The notes under the pieces: model-generated
Seen by the model: only the letters and a program-made list of their open reading frames with translations
Told to the model about the DNA's origin: nothing
Databases searched by the model: none
Part shown: positions 10,681 through 20,659 of the stretch, one piece after another
How the letters are laid out: every line of letters begins with the position of its first letter
Position numbering within the stretch: position 1 is the first letter of the stretch
Made by a program: the position numbers and the translations under genes
DNA from: Actinomycetota bacterium
GTDB taxonomy: Bacteria > Actinomycetota > Acidimicrobiia > Actinomarinales > Actinomarinaceae
Direction of reading: 5' to 3'
NCBI GenBank assembly: GCA_014384285.1
Contig: JACNGE010000014.1
Coordinates: 212,513-276,512, forward strand
Length of the DNA: 64,000 bases

Positions 10681-10793
10681 AAGTTAAATCAAGTATAAAA
10701 AAGAGGGGTCCAGGAGACCAAATTGTTAGGCGTAAAGGAAAACTTTATGTAATAAACAAAAAAAACCCTCGAAATAAACAAAGGCAAGGCTAG
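10677..10793 (+). CDS. rpmJ: 50S ribosomal protein L36, Cys-free (zinc-independent) form; missed by the ORF track
   Basis: The 38-aa [41 protein letters not shown] aligns to L36 (MKV..S.K......I.RR.G...VI...P..KQRQG) but has no Cys or His ligands. Its ATG overlaps the infA TGA, and rpsM follows 3 nt downstream. Confidence 0.8.
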   Translation: MKVKSSIKKRGPGDQIVRRKGKLYVINKKNPRNKQRQG

Positions 10794-10796
10794 AGA

Positions 10797-11174
10797 ATGG
10801 CAAGAATTTCTGGGATAGATATCCCAAGAGACAAGAGAGTTATTGCATCACTTAGATACATCCACGGTGTTGGTGCAAAAAGATCCGCAGATATTTGTGA
10901 AGATTTAAAAATAGACCCTAGTACAAGAGTTAGTAATTTAACTAGTGATGAAGTCGCCCAAATAAGAAAATATATAGAGGCTAATTTCAGAGTAGAAGGA
11001 GATCTTAGAAGAGATGTTTCTCAGAACATTAGAAGAAAAACTGAAATTGGAACATACCAAGGCCTAAGGCACAGAACAGGATTACCAGTCAGGGGTCAAA
11101 GAACACACACAAATGCAAGGACACGTAAAGGACCTAGATTTGCAATTGCAGGTAAGAAAAAGGTAACTAAATAA
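10797..11174 (+). CDS. rpsM: 30S ribosomal protein S13
   Basis: [15 protein letters not shown]... is the S13 signature. Confidence 0.95.
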   Translation: MARISGIDIPRDKRVIASLRYIHGVGAKRSADICEDLKIDPSTRVSNLTSDEVAQIRKYIEANFRVEGDLRRDVSQNIRRKTEIGTYQGLRHRTGLPVRGQRTHTNARTRKGPRFAIAGKKKVTK

Positions 11175-11557
11175 TGGCTGAAACTAAATCAAAGAAAAAA
11201 AATAAAAAAAATATCCCTTCAGGAGTAGCTCACATAAAAGCTAGCTTTAACAACACAATAATTAATATTTCAGATTCAAACGGGGAAACAATAGTATGGA
11301 CCTCTGGTGGCTCTGTTGGGTTCAAAGGATCTAGAAAGTCAACACCCTACGCAGCCCAAGTAGCTGCCGAAGAAGCAGTAAGACGAGCAACAGAATTTGG
11401 TGTTCACAAATTAGATATCATCATAAGTGGTACAGGCGCTGGAAGAGAAACTGCAGTCAGAACACTCCAGAATATGGGTATGGACGTGGGAACCATTAAA
11501 GACATAACTCCAACACCACACAATGGTTGTAGACCTAAGAAACGCAGGAGAGGGTAA
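11174..11557 (+). CDS. rpsK: 30S ribosomal protein S11
   Basis: 127 aa with S11 sequence ([16 protein letters not shown]). Confidence 0.95.
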   Translation: MAETKSKKKNKKNIPSGVAHIKASFNNTIINISDSNGETIVWTSGGSVGFKGSRKSTPYAAQVAAEEAVRRATEFGVHKLDIIISGTGAGRETAVRTLQNMGMDVGTIKDITPTPHNGCRPKKRRRG

Positions 11558-12171
11558 TGGCTAGATATACAGGACCAAGAGTTAGAGTTTCACGAAGAAT
11601 TGGATTCAATGTATTTGAAAATAAAAAAGGAGACAAAGCTCTTCAAGATAGGCCCTACCCACCGGGAGAAAATGGCAGAAAAAGGGTCAGGGAAACTGAC
11701 TATGGTACTCAGTTAAAAGAAAAGCAAAAAGTAAGGTATATGTACGGTATATTAGAAAAACAATTCCGTAATTACTATAAAGAAGCATCAAGAATGCCTG
11801 GCATAACAGGGGAGAATTTATTAATACTTTTAGAGTCGAGATTAGATAATGTAATTTATAGAGCAGGATTTGCCTCAACAAGGCCTCAGGCAAGACAAAT
11901 AGCGTCTCACAGACATTTAAAGCTAAATGGTTCACTGGTAGACGTTCCGTCAATACAGATCAAGCCTGGTGATAAAATTGAGTTAAAAGATAGTAGTCAA
12001 AATATGATTGTTGTTCAACATACTATTGATACTGGTCAAGATAATGAAGTACCTTCATGGCTATCTGTCGATACTAATAAAAAATCAATAGAAGTTTTAT
12101 CTTTACCATCAAGAGGAGAAATAAGTCACCAAATAGAAGAACAGTTAATAGTAGAGCTTTATTCAAAATAA
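11557..12171 (+). CDS. rpsD: 30S ribosomal protein S4
   Basis: [14 protein letters not shown]... is the S4 N-terminus. Confidence 0.95.
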   Translation: MARYTGPRVRVSRRIGFNVFENKKGDKALQDRPYPPGENGRKRVRETDYGTQLKEKQKVRYMYGILEKQFRNYYKEASRMPGITGENLLILLESRLDNVIYRAGFASTRPQARQIASHRHLKLNGSLVDVPSIQIKPGDKIELKDSSQNMIVVQHTIDTGQDNEVPSWLSVDTNKKSIEVLSLPSRGEISHQIEEQLIVELYSK

Positions 12172-12192
12172 AAATTAGAGAGGAGAATTAAA

Positions 12193-13152
12193 TTGCTAAT
12201 ACTACAAAGACCTGAGATATCTCAAGAAGAAATAAGCGTAAATAGAACAAAATTTTCGATTGAACCACTAGAACCTGGATTCGGATTAACTCTTGGTAAT
12301 ACCATGAGAAGAGCTTTATTGTCTAGAGTTCCTGGAGTAGCAGTTACTGGAGTAAAAATCCAAGGTGTAAACCATGAATTTACATCAGTACCTGGAGTTG
12401 TAGAAGATGTTTTAGACTTATTGCTAAATCTCAAAAGACTTGTACTTCAAGTTGAAGATCAAGAGAGTCATACTTTAACAGTTAAAGCAAAAGGTCCTGG
12501 AGATGTCACTGCTGCACAAATTCAGTGTCCCGCAGGAGTTGAGGCTGTAAACACAGACCTAAAAATTTGTACGCTTTCTGGTGATGCAACTTTAGATATG
12601 GAAGTATCTATTGCACATGGCGTAGGATACCGATTGGCAGACAAAAATAAAACGAGTGATTCTAATTTCATTCCTATTGATTCAATTTTTTCACCTATTG
12701 TAAAAGTAAGTTATGCTGTTACCCCAACCCAAGTAGGTCAGGTAACTAACTATGACAAACTTACATTAGACGTAGAAACTGATGGTTCAGTGGCACCTAG
12801 TGAGGCTGTGTCATCTGTTGGAAAAACTTTAGGAGAGTTATGGAAGCTTTTTGCTGACATAGATGAAGGAATAGGCCTTGAGCTTGGAGAACTTACTGTT
12901 TCTGAAGGAAGTTCACCAGACCTTTCTATTTCAGTTGACGCATTAGATCTATCAGAACGACCAATGAATTGCTTAGGTAGAGAGAATATAACTACTGTTG
13001 GTCAAATCTTAGAGTACACAGAAGACGATTTGTTGAACCTGACCAACTTTGGACAAAAGAGTCTTGATGAGCTTGTAGCAAAGTTAGACGAATTAGGATT
13101 GAGCTTACCAACAAGTTCTGATTTAGATTCTGAGGAAAACGCAGATGCCTAG
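12193..13152 (+). CDS. rpoA: DNA-directed RNA polymerase alpha subunit
   Basis: 319 aa with an N-terminal dimerisation domain and an acidic C-terminal tail. TTG start preceded by the GAGGAG SD. Confidence 0.95.
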   Translation: MLILQRPEISQEEISVNRTKFSIEPLEPGFGLTLGNTMRRALLSRVPGVAVTGVKIQGVNHEFTSVPGVVEDVLDLLLNLKRLVLQVEDQESHTLTVKAKGPGDVTAAQIQCPAGVEAVNTDLKICTLSGDATLDMEVSIAHGVGYRLADKNKTSDSNFIPIDSIFSPIVKVSYAVTPTQVGQVTNYDKLTLDVETDGSVAPSEAVSSVGKTLGELWKLFADIDEGIGLELGELTVSEGSSPDLSISVDALDLSERPMNCLGRENITTVGQILEYTEDDLLNLTNFGQKSLDELVAKLDELGLSLPTSSDLDSEENADA

Positions 13153-13495
13153 ACCAACCAAAGGAAAAAGATTAGGTGGTTCTGCCTCTCATGAAGATCA
13201 AATCATTAGTAATTTGGTACGATCTCTTATTCAACATGAAAAAATTGAAACTACAATAACTAAAGCAAAAGTAGTTAAACCTTATGCTGAAAAGGTAATA
13301 ACTAAGGCAAAAAAAGGAACTTTACACGACAGAAGACAGGTTCTAAAAATGATTCAAGATAAAGCTGTGGTTGCAAAGTTGTTTGAAGAGATTGGTCCTA
13401 AATATCAAGAAAGAAATGGTGGATATACAAGAATCACCAGAACAACTTACCGAAAGGGTGACGGGACAGAACTAGCTGTTCTAGAACTAGTTTAA
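13145..13495 (+). CDS. rplQ: 50S ribosomal protein L17
   Basis: 116 aa with L17-like sequence, following rpoA. Confidence 0.9.
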   Translation: MPRPTKGKRLGGSASHEDQIISNLVRSLIQHEKIETTITKAKVVKPYAEKVITKAKKGTLHDRRQVLKMIQDKAVVAKLFEEIGPKYQERNGGYTRITRTTYRKGDGTELAVLELV

Positions 13496-13496
13496 G

Positions 13497-14042
13497 TTGA
13501 GTACTTTTAGTGATGTTTGGAAGAAATTCCAAGCTTTTTTAAGATTTAATCCAGCTCTAATTCAAAACATCATAAATGACAGATATGAAAGTGGAAATGC
13601 TTTTTTAATTGTTTTAACAAGCCTTACCTCGATTTATACAGCGTTATTTATTACAACAAGGTTTTCTAATTTCCTAGACGTTGTCTTTTATGGAATCTTG
13701 GACGGTGCCTTCGCTTGGATAATTTCAAGTCTTGGAATGTGGTTCATTCTCTCAAGAGTTTTTAAAGAAAATCTTGATATAAATGCTGTTTCAACAATTA
13801 CTGGTTATGCACATGGGATAGTCGCAAGCATTTCTTTAATTATTTTCTTACAAAACTATTTAAATCTCAGTGCAAGAATTATCGAAATTTCAATTTTAGG
13901 AATATTTCTTTGGCTGTTTTATACAATTTCGAGAAGCTTGGAAATAGGTTTTTTCATTGAGAAGAGAAGCTCTAGAATAGCTTCATCTGTATTTATTATT
14001 ATCCTCATTTGGACTTCAGGACCTTTGAAAATCTTTTTCTAG
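13497..14042 (+). CDS. Hypothetical polytopic membrane protein (Yip1-like topology), inserted between rplQ and truA
   Basis: 181 aa with about five hydrophobic segments and no recognisable catalytic motif. Apparent TTG start. Confidence 0.45.
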   Translation: MSTFSDVWKKFQAFLRFNPALIQNIINDRYESGNAFLIVLTSLTSIYTALFITTRFSNFLDVVFYGILDGAFAWIISSLGMWFILSRVFKENLDINAVSTITGYAHGIVASISLIIFLQNYLNLSARIIEISILGIFLWLFYTISRSLEIGFFIEKRSSRIASSVFIIILIWTSGPLKIFF

Positions 14043-14043
14043 C

Positions 14044-14766
14044 TTGAACTATAAAGTTATAATTTCATATGACGGAAATCATTTTCATGGTTTCCAAAAA
14101 CAAATTAAAAATATCACTGTACAAGAGTCTGTTGAGAATGCTTTAAAAAAGCTATTAAACAATTTCGAAATGACTTACGCAGGAAGAACAGATGCTGGAG
14201 TTCACGCAAAATATCAAGTCCTAAGTATTACAACAACTGAAAAACTTTCAAGTTCATTCAAATCTTCTTTAAATGCATTAGTTGGAAAACATATATATAT
14301 AAAAAAAGTTACAAAAGTTAAGGAAAGTTTTCATCCAAGATTTGATGCAAAACAAAGAACTTACAAGTATTTTATAAATACTCCTAGGAACTATGAACCC
14401 TATAACCTTGGGTATACTCATTTAATTAATGACGAAGTAAACTTATCAGAACTCAATGTAATTGCTAAATCTTTTTTAGGAAAAAATAATTTTACAAATT
14501 TTTCTAAACTCAGAAAAGATCAGAATCCAATCCGTGATATAGCTGTTAGTAAATGGACTCACAGCAATCAAGGCTATATTTATACAATTACAGGAAACTC
14601 ATTTCTTCATAATATGGTCAGATCAATTGTGGGAGTACAGCTTGCCTGCCTGAATGGAAAACTTAGTAATGCAAAAATCAAATCTTCATTAAAGTATCCT
14701 CAAAATGAAAGATTTAATCACGTAGCTCCACCAGAAGGTCTTTACCTGTGGAAAATTAAATACTAG
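14044..14766 (+). CDS. truA: tRNA pseudouridine(38-40) synthase TruA
   Basis: YDGNHFHGFQKQ near the N-terminus and the catalytic region GRTDAGVHA are TruA hallmarks. Confidence 0.85.
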   Translation: MNYKVIISYDGNHFHGFQKQIKNITVQESVENALKKLLNNFEMTYAGRTDAGVHAKYQVLSITTTEKLSSSFKSSLNALVGKHIYIKKVTKVKESFHPRFDAKQRTYKYFINTPRNYEPYNLGYTHLINDEVNLSELNVIAKSFLGKNNFTNFSKLRKDQNPIRDIAVSKWTHSNQGYIYTITGNSFLHNMVRSIVGVQLACLNGKLSNAKIKSSLKYPQNERFNHVAPPEGLYLWKIKY

Positions 14767-14827
14767 TTTTCATAAATATCAATAACCTTTATACTTAAGT
14801 TTCGTTACAATCCTATAGGTTTATAAA

Positions 14828-15289
14828 ATGAGCACAAAAACGACATTTAAAGGTATAGAAGCTTCTGACAGAAGTTGGCATCTTGTTGATGCAAGCAATC
14901 TTCCTGTTGGAAGATTAGCTAGTGAGATAGCGCAAATTTTAAAAGGCAAACACAAACCCCAGTACGCACCACATTTAGATGTTGGAGATCATGTTGTAGT
15001 GATTAATGCTGATAAAATTCAAGTAACTTCTAACAAGCCTGAACAAAAAATGTATTACAGACATTCTGGTTATCCAGGAGGCATAAAGGAAGAATCATTT
15101 AATGCTTTGAGAAAACGTAAGCCCGAATTAATCATCGAAAAAGCTGTCTGGGGGATGCTTCCTAAAAATAGATTAGGAAGAGCAATAATAAAAAAACTCC
15201 ACATTTATTCATCTGATACCCATCCTCACGAAAGTCAAAACCCTGTAGAATTAAATTTCAATATAAAAAAGGTTGTTGACAATGACTGA
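14828..15289 (+). CDS. rplM: 50S ribosomal protein L13
   Basis: 153 aa with L13 sequence (WHLVDASNLPVGRLAS). Confidence 0.95.
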   Translation: MSTKTTFKGIEASDRSWHLVDASNLPVGRLASEIAQILKGKHKPQYAPHLDVGDHVVVINADKIQVTSNKPEQKMYYRHSGYPGGIKEESFNALRKRKPELIIEKAVWGMLPKNRLGRAIIKKLHIYSSDTHPHESQNPVELNFNIKKVVDND

Positions 15290-15671
15290 TGCAATATTAG
15301 GTACAGGCAGGAGAAAAAGTTCAGTTGCCAGAGTAAGACTTACAGAAGGTAGTGGAGAGTACACTTTTAATGGTAAGTCCATGGAACAATATTTTCCAAG
15401 TCCAAACATGAGAATGAGAGTTAACAAGCCTTTTAATGTGGTTGATATGGATAAACAGTTTGACCTTCATGTAACATTAAATGGAAGTGGGTTATCCGCT
15501 CAAGCTGATGCAGTGGCTCTTGGAATATCTAGAGCATTAATTCAATTTAATCCCGACTTAAGACCTAGGCTCAAAAAAGCTGGATTACTTACTAGAGATT
15601 CTAGAAAAGTTGAACGTAAGAAATACGGACTTAAGAAAGCTAGAAGAGCTGAGCAGTTCACCAAAAGATAA
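15273..15671 (+). CDS. rpsI: 30S ribosomal protein S9
   Basis: 132 aa with the S9 C-terminus ...RRAEQFTKR. Confidence 0.95.
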   Translation: MLTMTDAILGTGRRKSSVARVRLTEGSGEYTFNGKSMEQYFPSPNMRMRVNKPFNVVDMDKQFDLHVTLNGSGLSAQADAVALGISRALIQFNPDLRPRLKKAGLLTRDSRKVERKKYGLKKARRAEQFTKR

Positions 15672-15678
15672 TTTTTCA

Positions 15679-16983
15679 TTGAAAAAACACTTTGGTACTG
15701 ATGGAATTAGGGGCATACCTGAAGAATCCCTCACCGAAGAAATAATTTCAAATGTTTGTGCTTCTGTAGAAGAAATATTAAAACCCAAAACAATTGCTTT
15801 GATTACAGATACACGCAAATCTTCCGAGGTAATTTCTTCATGGATAAGTGAAGGTTTTAGTCATAACGTAGAAATTCTCAATTATGGAGTTCTCCCATCT
15901 GGGTCGATGCCGATTTTACTTAATGAGTTAAATCATGATATGGGGATAATAATTTCAGCTTCTCATAACCCAAGTGAATATAACGGAATTAAGTTAATTG
16001 ATAAAAATGGATCGAAATTACTCGATGACGTAGAAATTTTAATTGAAGAAACTATGGACGAAATTCAACTACCTGAAAACTCTTCTTCAATCAAAAATTC
16101 TCATTTAGGGTATGAAAGCTATAAAAAATTTCTAAACTCTATCAATGATATTGACTTTTCAAACTTTGATTTAGTAATTGATTCTGCAAATGGATCAGCT
16201 TTTGAAATAATCAAAGATATTGTCCCAGATTCAGTGGGAAAAATTACTCATATTGCAAATAAACCAAATGGTCAAAATATTAATGAAGAATCAGGAGCTA
16301 CTAATACAAAAAACTTAATAAATATCATGAAAAATGGACAACTAGGTGTTTCGTTTGATGGAGATGCTGACAGGTTAATCATGATTGATGAAAATAAAGA
16401 AATTGCAAATGGCGATGTATTAATTGCACTATTAGCTACTTACTTCTCCAGAATTAAAGAGCTCGATAATGACAATGTTGTTAGTACGGTGATGTCAAAC
16501 TACGGATTCAAACTAGCGATGAAAAGTCAAAATTTTAACTTAATTGAAACACCTGTAGGTGACAAATACGTAGCTGAGGCTATGAAGAAACACAAAGCAG
16601 TTTTAGGAGGAGAGCAATCTGGACATATTATTTTTTCAAAATACCTACCAGTCGGTGATGGATTAGTCACATTTTTAATGGTATTAAAAGCATTAAACTA
16701 TCTTGATACTACTTTAGTTGAGTTTAGAAAAGAAAATATCCAAGAATATCCACAAAAATTAGTAAATATTAATCTTCAGGAAACTCTGAATAAAGAAGAG
16801 CTTGAATTCATCAACCAGTTAGCTTTTGAGCTTTCAAATAAAAGAAACCTTGATGGTAGATACTTAATTAGGAATTCCGGAACAGAGCCACTACTAAGAG
16901 TTCTAGTCGAAGCAAGTAATAATGAAGAGATGGAGTCTTTTCTTGAAGAACTGCTGAATAAAATTAATGGATACCTAAATTAA
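15679..16983 (+). CDS. glmM: Phosphoglucosamine mutase
   Basis: LKKHFGTDGIRG at the start, an active-site phosphoserine loop SASHNP, and an Mg loop DGDADR. I chose the TTG at 15679 just after the rpsI stop; the ORF-track start at 15610 overlaps rpsI by 60 nt. Confidence 0.85.
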   Translation: MKKHFGTDGIRGIPEESLTEEIISNVCASVEEILKPKTIALITDTRKSSEVISSWISEGFSHNVEILNYGVLPSGSMPILLNELNHDMGIIISASHNPSEYNGIKLIDKNGSKLLDDVEILIEETMDEIQLPENSSSIKNSHLGYESYKKFLNSINDIDFSNFDLVIDSANGSAFEIIKDIVPDSVGKITHIANKPNGQNINEESGATNTKNLINIMKNGQLGVSFDGDADRLIMIDENKEIANGDVLIALLATYFSRIKELDNDNVVSTVMSNYGFKLAMKSQNFNLIETPVGDKYVAEAMKKHKAVLGGEQSGHIIFSKYLPVGDGLVTFLMVLKALNYLDTTLVEFRKENIQEYPQKLVNINLQETLNKEELEFINQLAFELSNKRNLDGRYLIRNSGTEPLLRVLVEASNNEEMESFLEELLNKINGYLN

Positions 16984-16999
16984 AATATCTTCGTTATAA

Positions 17000-17165
17000 T
17001 TATAATAACGAGCAAATTAAGCGCCAGACCTTTAATTAGGTGACGAGGAAGTATGTTATCGAAAATTCGGCGGATGCATACTCGGCTCTACGGTCGTAAT
17101 AAATTGTTTAAAAACAGAAAGAAACTTCTGAACAGAGACAGTTTAAAGTAGTCTTATTTCAACTT
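17000..17165 (+). ncRNA. glmS_ribozyme: glmS ribozyme (GlcN6P-responsive self-cleaving riboswitch) in the glmS 5' UTR
   Basis: Conserved core strings read directly from the sequence: AGCGCCAGA (cleavage site, predicted between A17020 and G17021), GGUGACGAGGA, UUAUCGAAAAUUCGGCGGAUGC, CGGCU, then the P3/P4 region UUCUGAACAGAGA. It lies immediately upstream of glmS. Confidence 0.8.
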
Positions 17166-17188
17166 GCTCGTTGGAATGGAGAAATTAT

Positions 17189-18985
17189 ATGTGTGGAATT
17201 ATTGGCTATTCAGGCCAAAGAAAACCTTTACCAATACTTTTAGATGGTTTGTCAAGGTTAGAGTATCGAGGATATGATTCAGCTGGTATTGCAATTATTG
17301 ATGGAGAAAGTTTAACCATTGAGAAAAAAGAAGGTAAATTACAAGTATTAAAAGACCATCTTGTAGATAAAGAAATTAATGGAAATATAGGTATAGGCCA
17401 TACAAGATGGGCTACACATGGAGTGCCAAGTGATGAAAATGCGCACCCACATTATGACAACAATCAAGATTTTGCAATAATTCATAACGGCATAATTGAA
17501 AACTATGCCGAGATGAAAGAAGTATTGCTAAATGAAAATTATGAGTTTAAATCGGAGACCGATACTGAGGTAGTTGCTGTTGAACTAAGCAGACAATGGA
17601 CAGGCAATCTCTTGGAGACAGTTTGTAATGTTGCCAAAGGACTTGAGGGAACATATGCACTAGTTGTAATCACAATAAAGGATCCAGAAACTATAGTAGC
17701 TGGAAGAATGATGAGTCCACTAGTCCTAGGAGTTGGAGAGGATGAAGTTTTTCTTGCTTCAGACTCAGCAGCAATCCTCGAACATACTAACAAAATGATA
17801 TTTTTAGAGAATGGAGATTTTGTCGAAATTAAAAATGGTCAGTATCAATTATTTGATATAGACATGAATGAAATTACCCGAGAAGTACAACTAATTGATT
17901 GGGAGGTATCTGAAGCAGAAAAATCTGGTCATGATCACTTTATGTACAAAGAAATTTTAGAACAATCAGAAGTCATCGAAAGAACAATAACTGGAAGGTT
18001 AGAATTAGGAAGCGAGCAGATTCCGATTGACTTAGAACATGCAAAAAAGTTTGAAAAAATATGGATAGTTGCATGTGGGACAGCTTATCATGCAGGATTA
18101 TTTGGAAAAGATTTATTTGAAAAAGTATTAGGCATTCCAGTTAGTGTTGAACTCGCTTCAGAGTTTAGGTACAGAGAGCCCATAGTTGGCAAAAATGATT
18201 TAGGAATCGTTATTTCTCAATCTGGTGAAACTATGGATACCATCGCAGCAACAGAACTGTTGAAAGATAATGGCTCTCATGTATTGGCCCTTGTCAATGT
18301 AGTAGGAAGTTCTCTAGCGAGAATGGCCGATAGTGTGTTATACCTCCATGTTGGACCCGAGATAGGAGTCGCATCTACAAAAGCTTATTTAGGTATGCTT
18401 GTTGGGCAGCTTCTTCTTGCTAAACATTGGGATGAATTTAACAAGCTAGAAACCTCTTTTGATGAGATAAGCGAGCTACCTTTCCTCATAAAGAAAGCTT
18501 TAGAATGTGAACCGCAAATTAAAGAAATATCAAAATCAATAAATGATAAAAAAGATATTTATTTCATCGGTCGAGGGCTCGATTACGCTTTAGCTGCTGA
18601 AGGTGCATTGAAATTGAAAGAGATTTCATACCTACATGCTGAGGCCCTTGCTGCTGGAGAACTTAAACATGGCACTCTTGCCTTAATTGAAAAGGGTACA
18701 CCAGTGGTAGTTACAGCCAGCCAACACCATTTACTAGACAAAACAACAAGTAATGTACAGGAGGTTAAAGCTAGAGGAGCATATGTGATTGCTATAGGAG
18801 ATAATTCTTCAAAGAAGCTTCAAGACATTTCTGATAATTATGTCACCCTCCCTGAGGCAAGTGAAATGTTATCAACAATCATTTCAATAATCCCTCTACA
18901 GTTTATTGCATATCATGTAGCAAACTTAAATGGTGAGTCTATTGACCAACCCCGTAACCTTGCCAAATCTGTGACAGTGGAGTAA
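17189..18985 (+). CDS. glmS: Glutamine--fructose-6-phosphate aminotransferase
   Basis: MCGIIGY... gives the N-terminal nucleophile Cys2. Two SIS domains follow. The ORF-track start at 17171 adds 6 spurious residues. Confidence 0.95.
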   Translation: MCGIIGYSGQRKPLPILLDGLSRLEYRGYDSAGIAIIDGESLTIEKKEGKLQVLKDHLVDKEINGNIGIGHTRWATHGVPSDENAHPHYDNNQDFAIIHNGIIENYAEMKEVLLNENYEFKSETDTEVVAVELSRQWTGNLLETVCNVAKGLEGTYALVVITIKDPETIVAGRMMSPLVLGVGEDEVFLASDSAAILEHTNKMIFLENGDFVEIKNGQYQLFDIDMNEITREVQLIDWEVSEAEKSGHDHFMYKEILEQSEVIERTITGRLELGSEQIPIDLEHAKKFEKIWIVACGTAYHAGLFGKDLFEKVLGIPVSVELASEFRYREPIVGKNDLGIVISQSGETMDTIAATELLKDNGSHVLALVNVVGSSLARMADSVLYLHVGPEIGVASTKAYLGMLVGQLLLAKHWDEFNKLETSFDEISELPFLIKKALECEPQIKEISKSINDKKDIYFIGRGLDYALAAEGALKLKEISYLHAEALAAGELKHGTLALIEKGTPVVVTASQHHLLDKTTSNVQEVKARGAYVIAIGDNSSKKLQDISDNYVTLPEASEMLSTIISIIPLQFIAYHVANLNGESIDQPRNLAKSVTVE

Positions 18986-19174
18986 TTATAGATAATAAAT
19001 TTAAGAACTCTAGAAATGCAGGAAATTGGATTGGTGTTGGTGCTGGTATTGGTGCAACAGTTTTTGTGGCCACAAATGAACCAACATGGATAGCAGTAGG
19101 TGTTGCGATAGGCGCAGCGCTTAGTCAGCGAAAAACAGAATCTCAAAAATCAGAAACAGCGGAATAAAAGCAAA

Positions 19175-20263
19175 ATGGACAGAGGATATATTTACGTCAA
19201 TAAGAATAACCTTCAACACAATATTGAATACCTGAATAATTTTACATCAAAGGAACTTTGCATTGTAGTTAAAGCGAATGCTTACGGGCACGGAATAGAT
19301 TGGACTGTAAGAACTGCTATTGAATCAGGTATAAACTGGTTTGCCGTCGCTGCTCTAGATGAAGCAATTCTTGTTAGGAACCTTTCAGATGATATTCGTA
19401 TTCTTTTGCTCTCTGAGCCCTCAATAACAGAGTTGGAAAAGATAGCAACCTACAATGTAGATGTAACTGTTTATAGTGAAAAGTTTATTGATGCAATGAT
19501 AATTTCTAAAGATTCATATAAAATTCACCTAAAAATTGACACCGGGATGCACAGAGTAGGATGTAGTCCTGAAAATTTTGATAATTTATACGATAAGATT
19601 ACTTCTTCCAAAAATTTGAGCTTAGAAGGTATATGTACCCATTTTCCTGTTGCAGATACCGATAAAAAACAAACTACTGCATCTATACAAATGTTTAAGA
19701 ATACAATCTCAAAAATTAATGTTGACCAACTTAGAATCCACGCGGACAATTCTGCATCGAATACTTATAATAATGATCAAGTTTTTAATATGGCAAGGGT
19801 TGGGCTAGCCACATATGGTTATACTATTTCACCAGTAAAGGCTTTGGATGGGCTTAAGAGGGTAATGGAGATAAAGACAAGAATATCAAATATTCAAAAT
19901 AGAAAAAAAGGAGAGGCCGTTTCTTATGGCAAAGCTCATATCTTAGAACAAGACTCTTTAATTGCTACAGCCCCAATAGGATATGGCGATGGATATCCCT
20001 GGAACTCCTTTCCTGATGGAAAAGTCATAGTAAAGAATAATTTCTGTAAGTTAATTGGAAGGGTAACTATGGATCAGATTTTATTTGATGTTACAGGATT
20101 GGATGTCAATATTGATGATGAGGTTATTATTTTAGGGTCCTCATCTGATAATTCGTTAAGTATAACTATAAGAGACATTGCAGCATGGAACAAAACTATT
20201 GAATGGGAAATATTAACAAATATTAAAGATAATCGTTTAAACCGGGTAGAAATTGATATCTAA
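19175..20263 (+). CDS. alr: Alanine racemase
   Basis: 362 aa. A PLP-binding Lys lies in VVKANAYGHG. Fold-type III racemase layout. Confidence 0.85.
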   Translation: MDRGYIYVNKNNLQHNIEYLNNFTSKELCIVVKANAYGHGIDWTVRTAIESGINWFAVAALDEAILVRNLSDDIRILLLSEPSITELEKIATYNVDVTVYSEKFIDAMIISKDSYKIHLKIDTGMHRVGCSPENFDNLYDKITSSKNLSLEGICTHFPVADTDKKQTTASIQMFKNTISKINVDQLRIHADNSASNTYNNDQVFNMARVGLATYGYTISPVKALDGLKRVMEIKTRISNIQNRKKGEAVSYGKAHILEQDSLIATAPIGYGDGYPWNSFPDGKVIVKNNFCKLIGRVTMDQILFDVTGLDVNIDDEVIILGSSSDNSLSITIRDIAAWNKTIEWEILTNIKDNRLNRVEIDI

Positions 20264-20657
20264 AGAATTAAAACAAGAAGATTTACAGACTTTTGCTGAG
20301 CAGTTCATCTTAGACTTAGCAATCCCTTCGGTGGTTGGGCTTAAAGGTACACTCGGAGCAGGTAAGACTACGCTAATTAAAAATCTTATTCACGCACTTG
20401 GTGTAAATGAAAAAGTTACATCTCCCACCTTTAATATTGTAAGAACTTACAAAAACGATTTACTTAATATATATCATGTAGATCTATACAGATTAACCTC
20501 TATACATGAGTTTTTAGATTTAGATCTTCCTTTAAACGAGGAAAACACGTTATTTTTTATTGAGTGGTCTGATATGATTCCAGAATCAAAATCTAAAGGT
20601 TGGAGATTTCTAGACATAGAGGTTATAGATGAGACAACTAGGAAAGTAAGCTATTAA
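20253..20657 (+). CDS. tsaE: tRNA threonylcarbamoyladenosine biosynthesis protein TsaE (P-loop ATPase)
   Basis: 134 aa with Walker A GTLGAGKTT. Typical actinobacterial position after alr. TTG start. Confidence 0.8.
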   Translation: MISKELKQEDLQTFAEQFILDLAIPSVVGLKGTLGAGKTTLIKNLIHALGVNEKVTSPTFNIVRTYKNDLLNIYHVDLYRLTSIHEFLDLDLPLNEENTLFFIEWSDMIPESKSKGWRFLDIEVIDETTRKVSY

Positions 20658-20659
20658 TT

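Noticed and set aside
15610-16983. Long glmM start (15610), long glmS start (17171), and similar upstream-extended starts for aroE (28419), aroQ (31913), rplF (5669), rpmD (7083) and the YceI-like gene (39922)
   Set aside because: The extensions overlap the preceding gene or add non-conserved residues. Internal starts that coincide with conserved family N-termini and with the upstream stop codons are the better calls.
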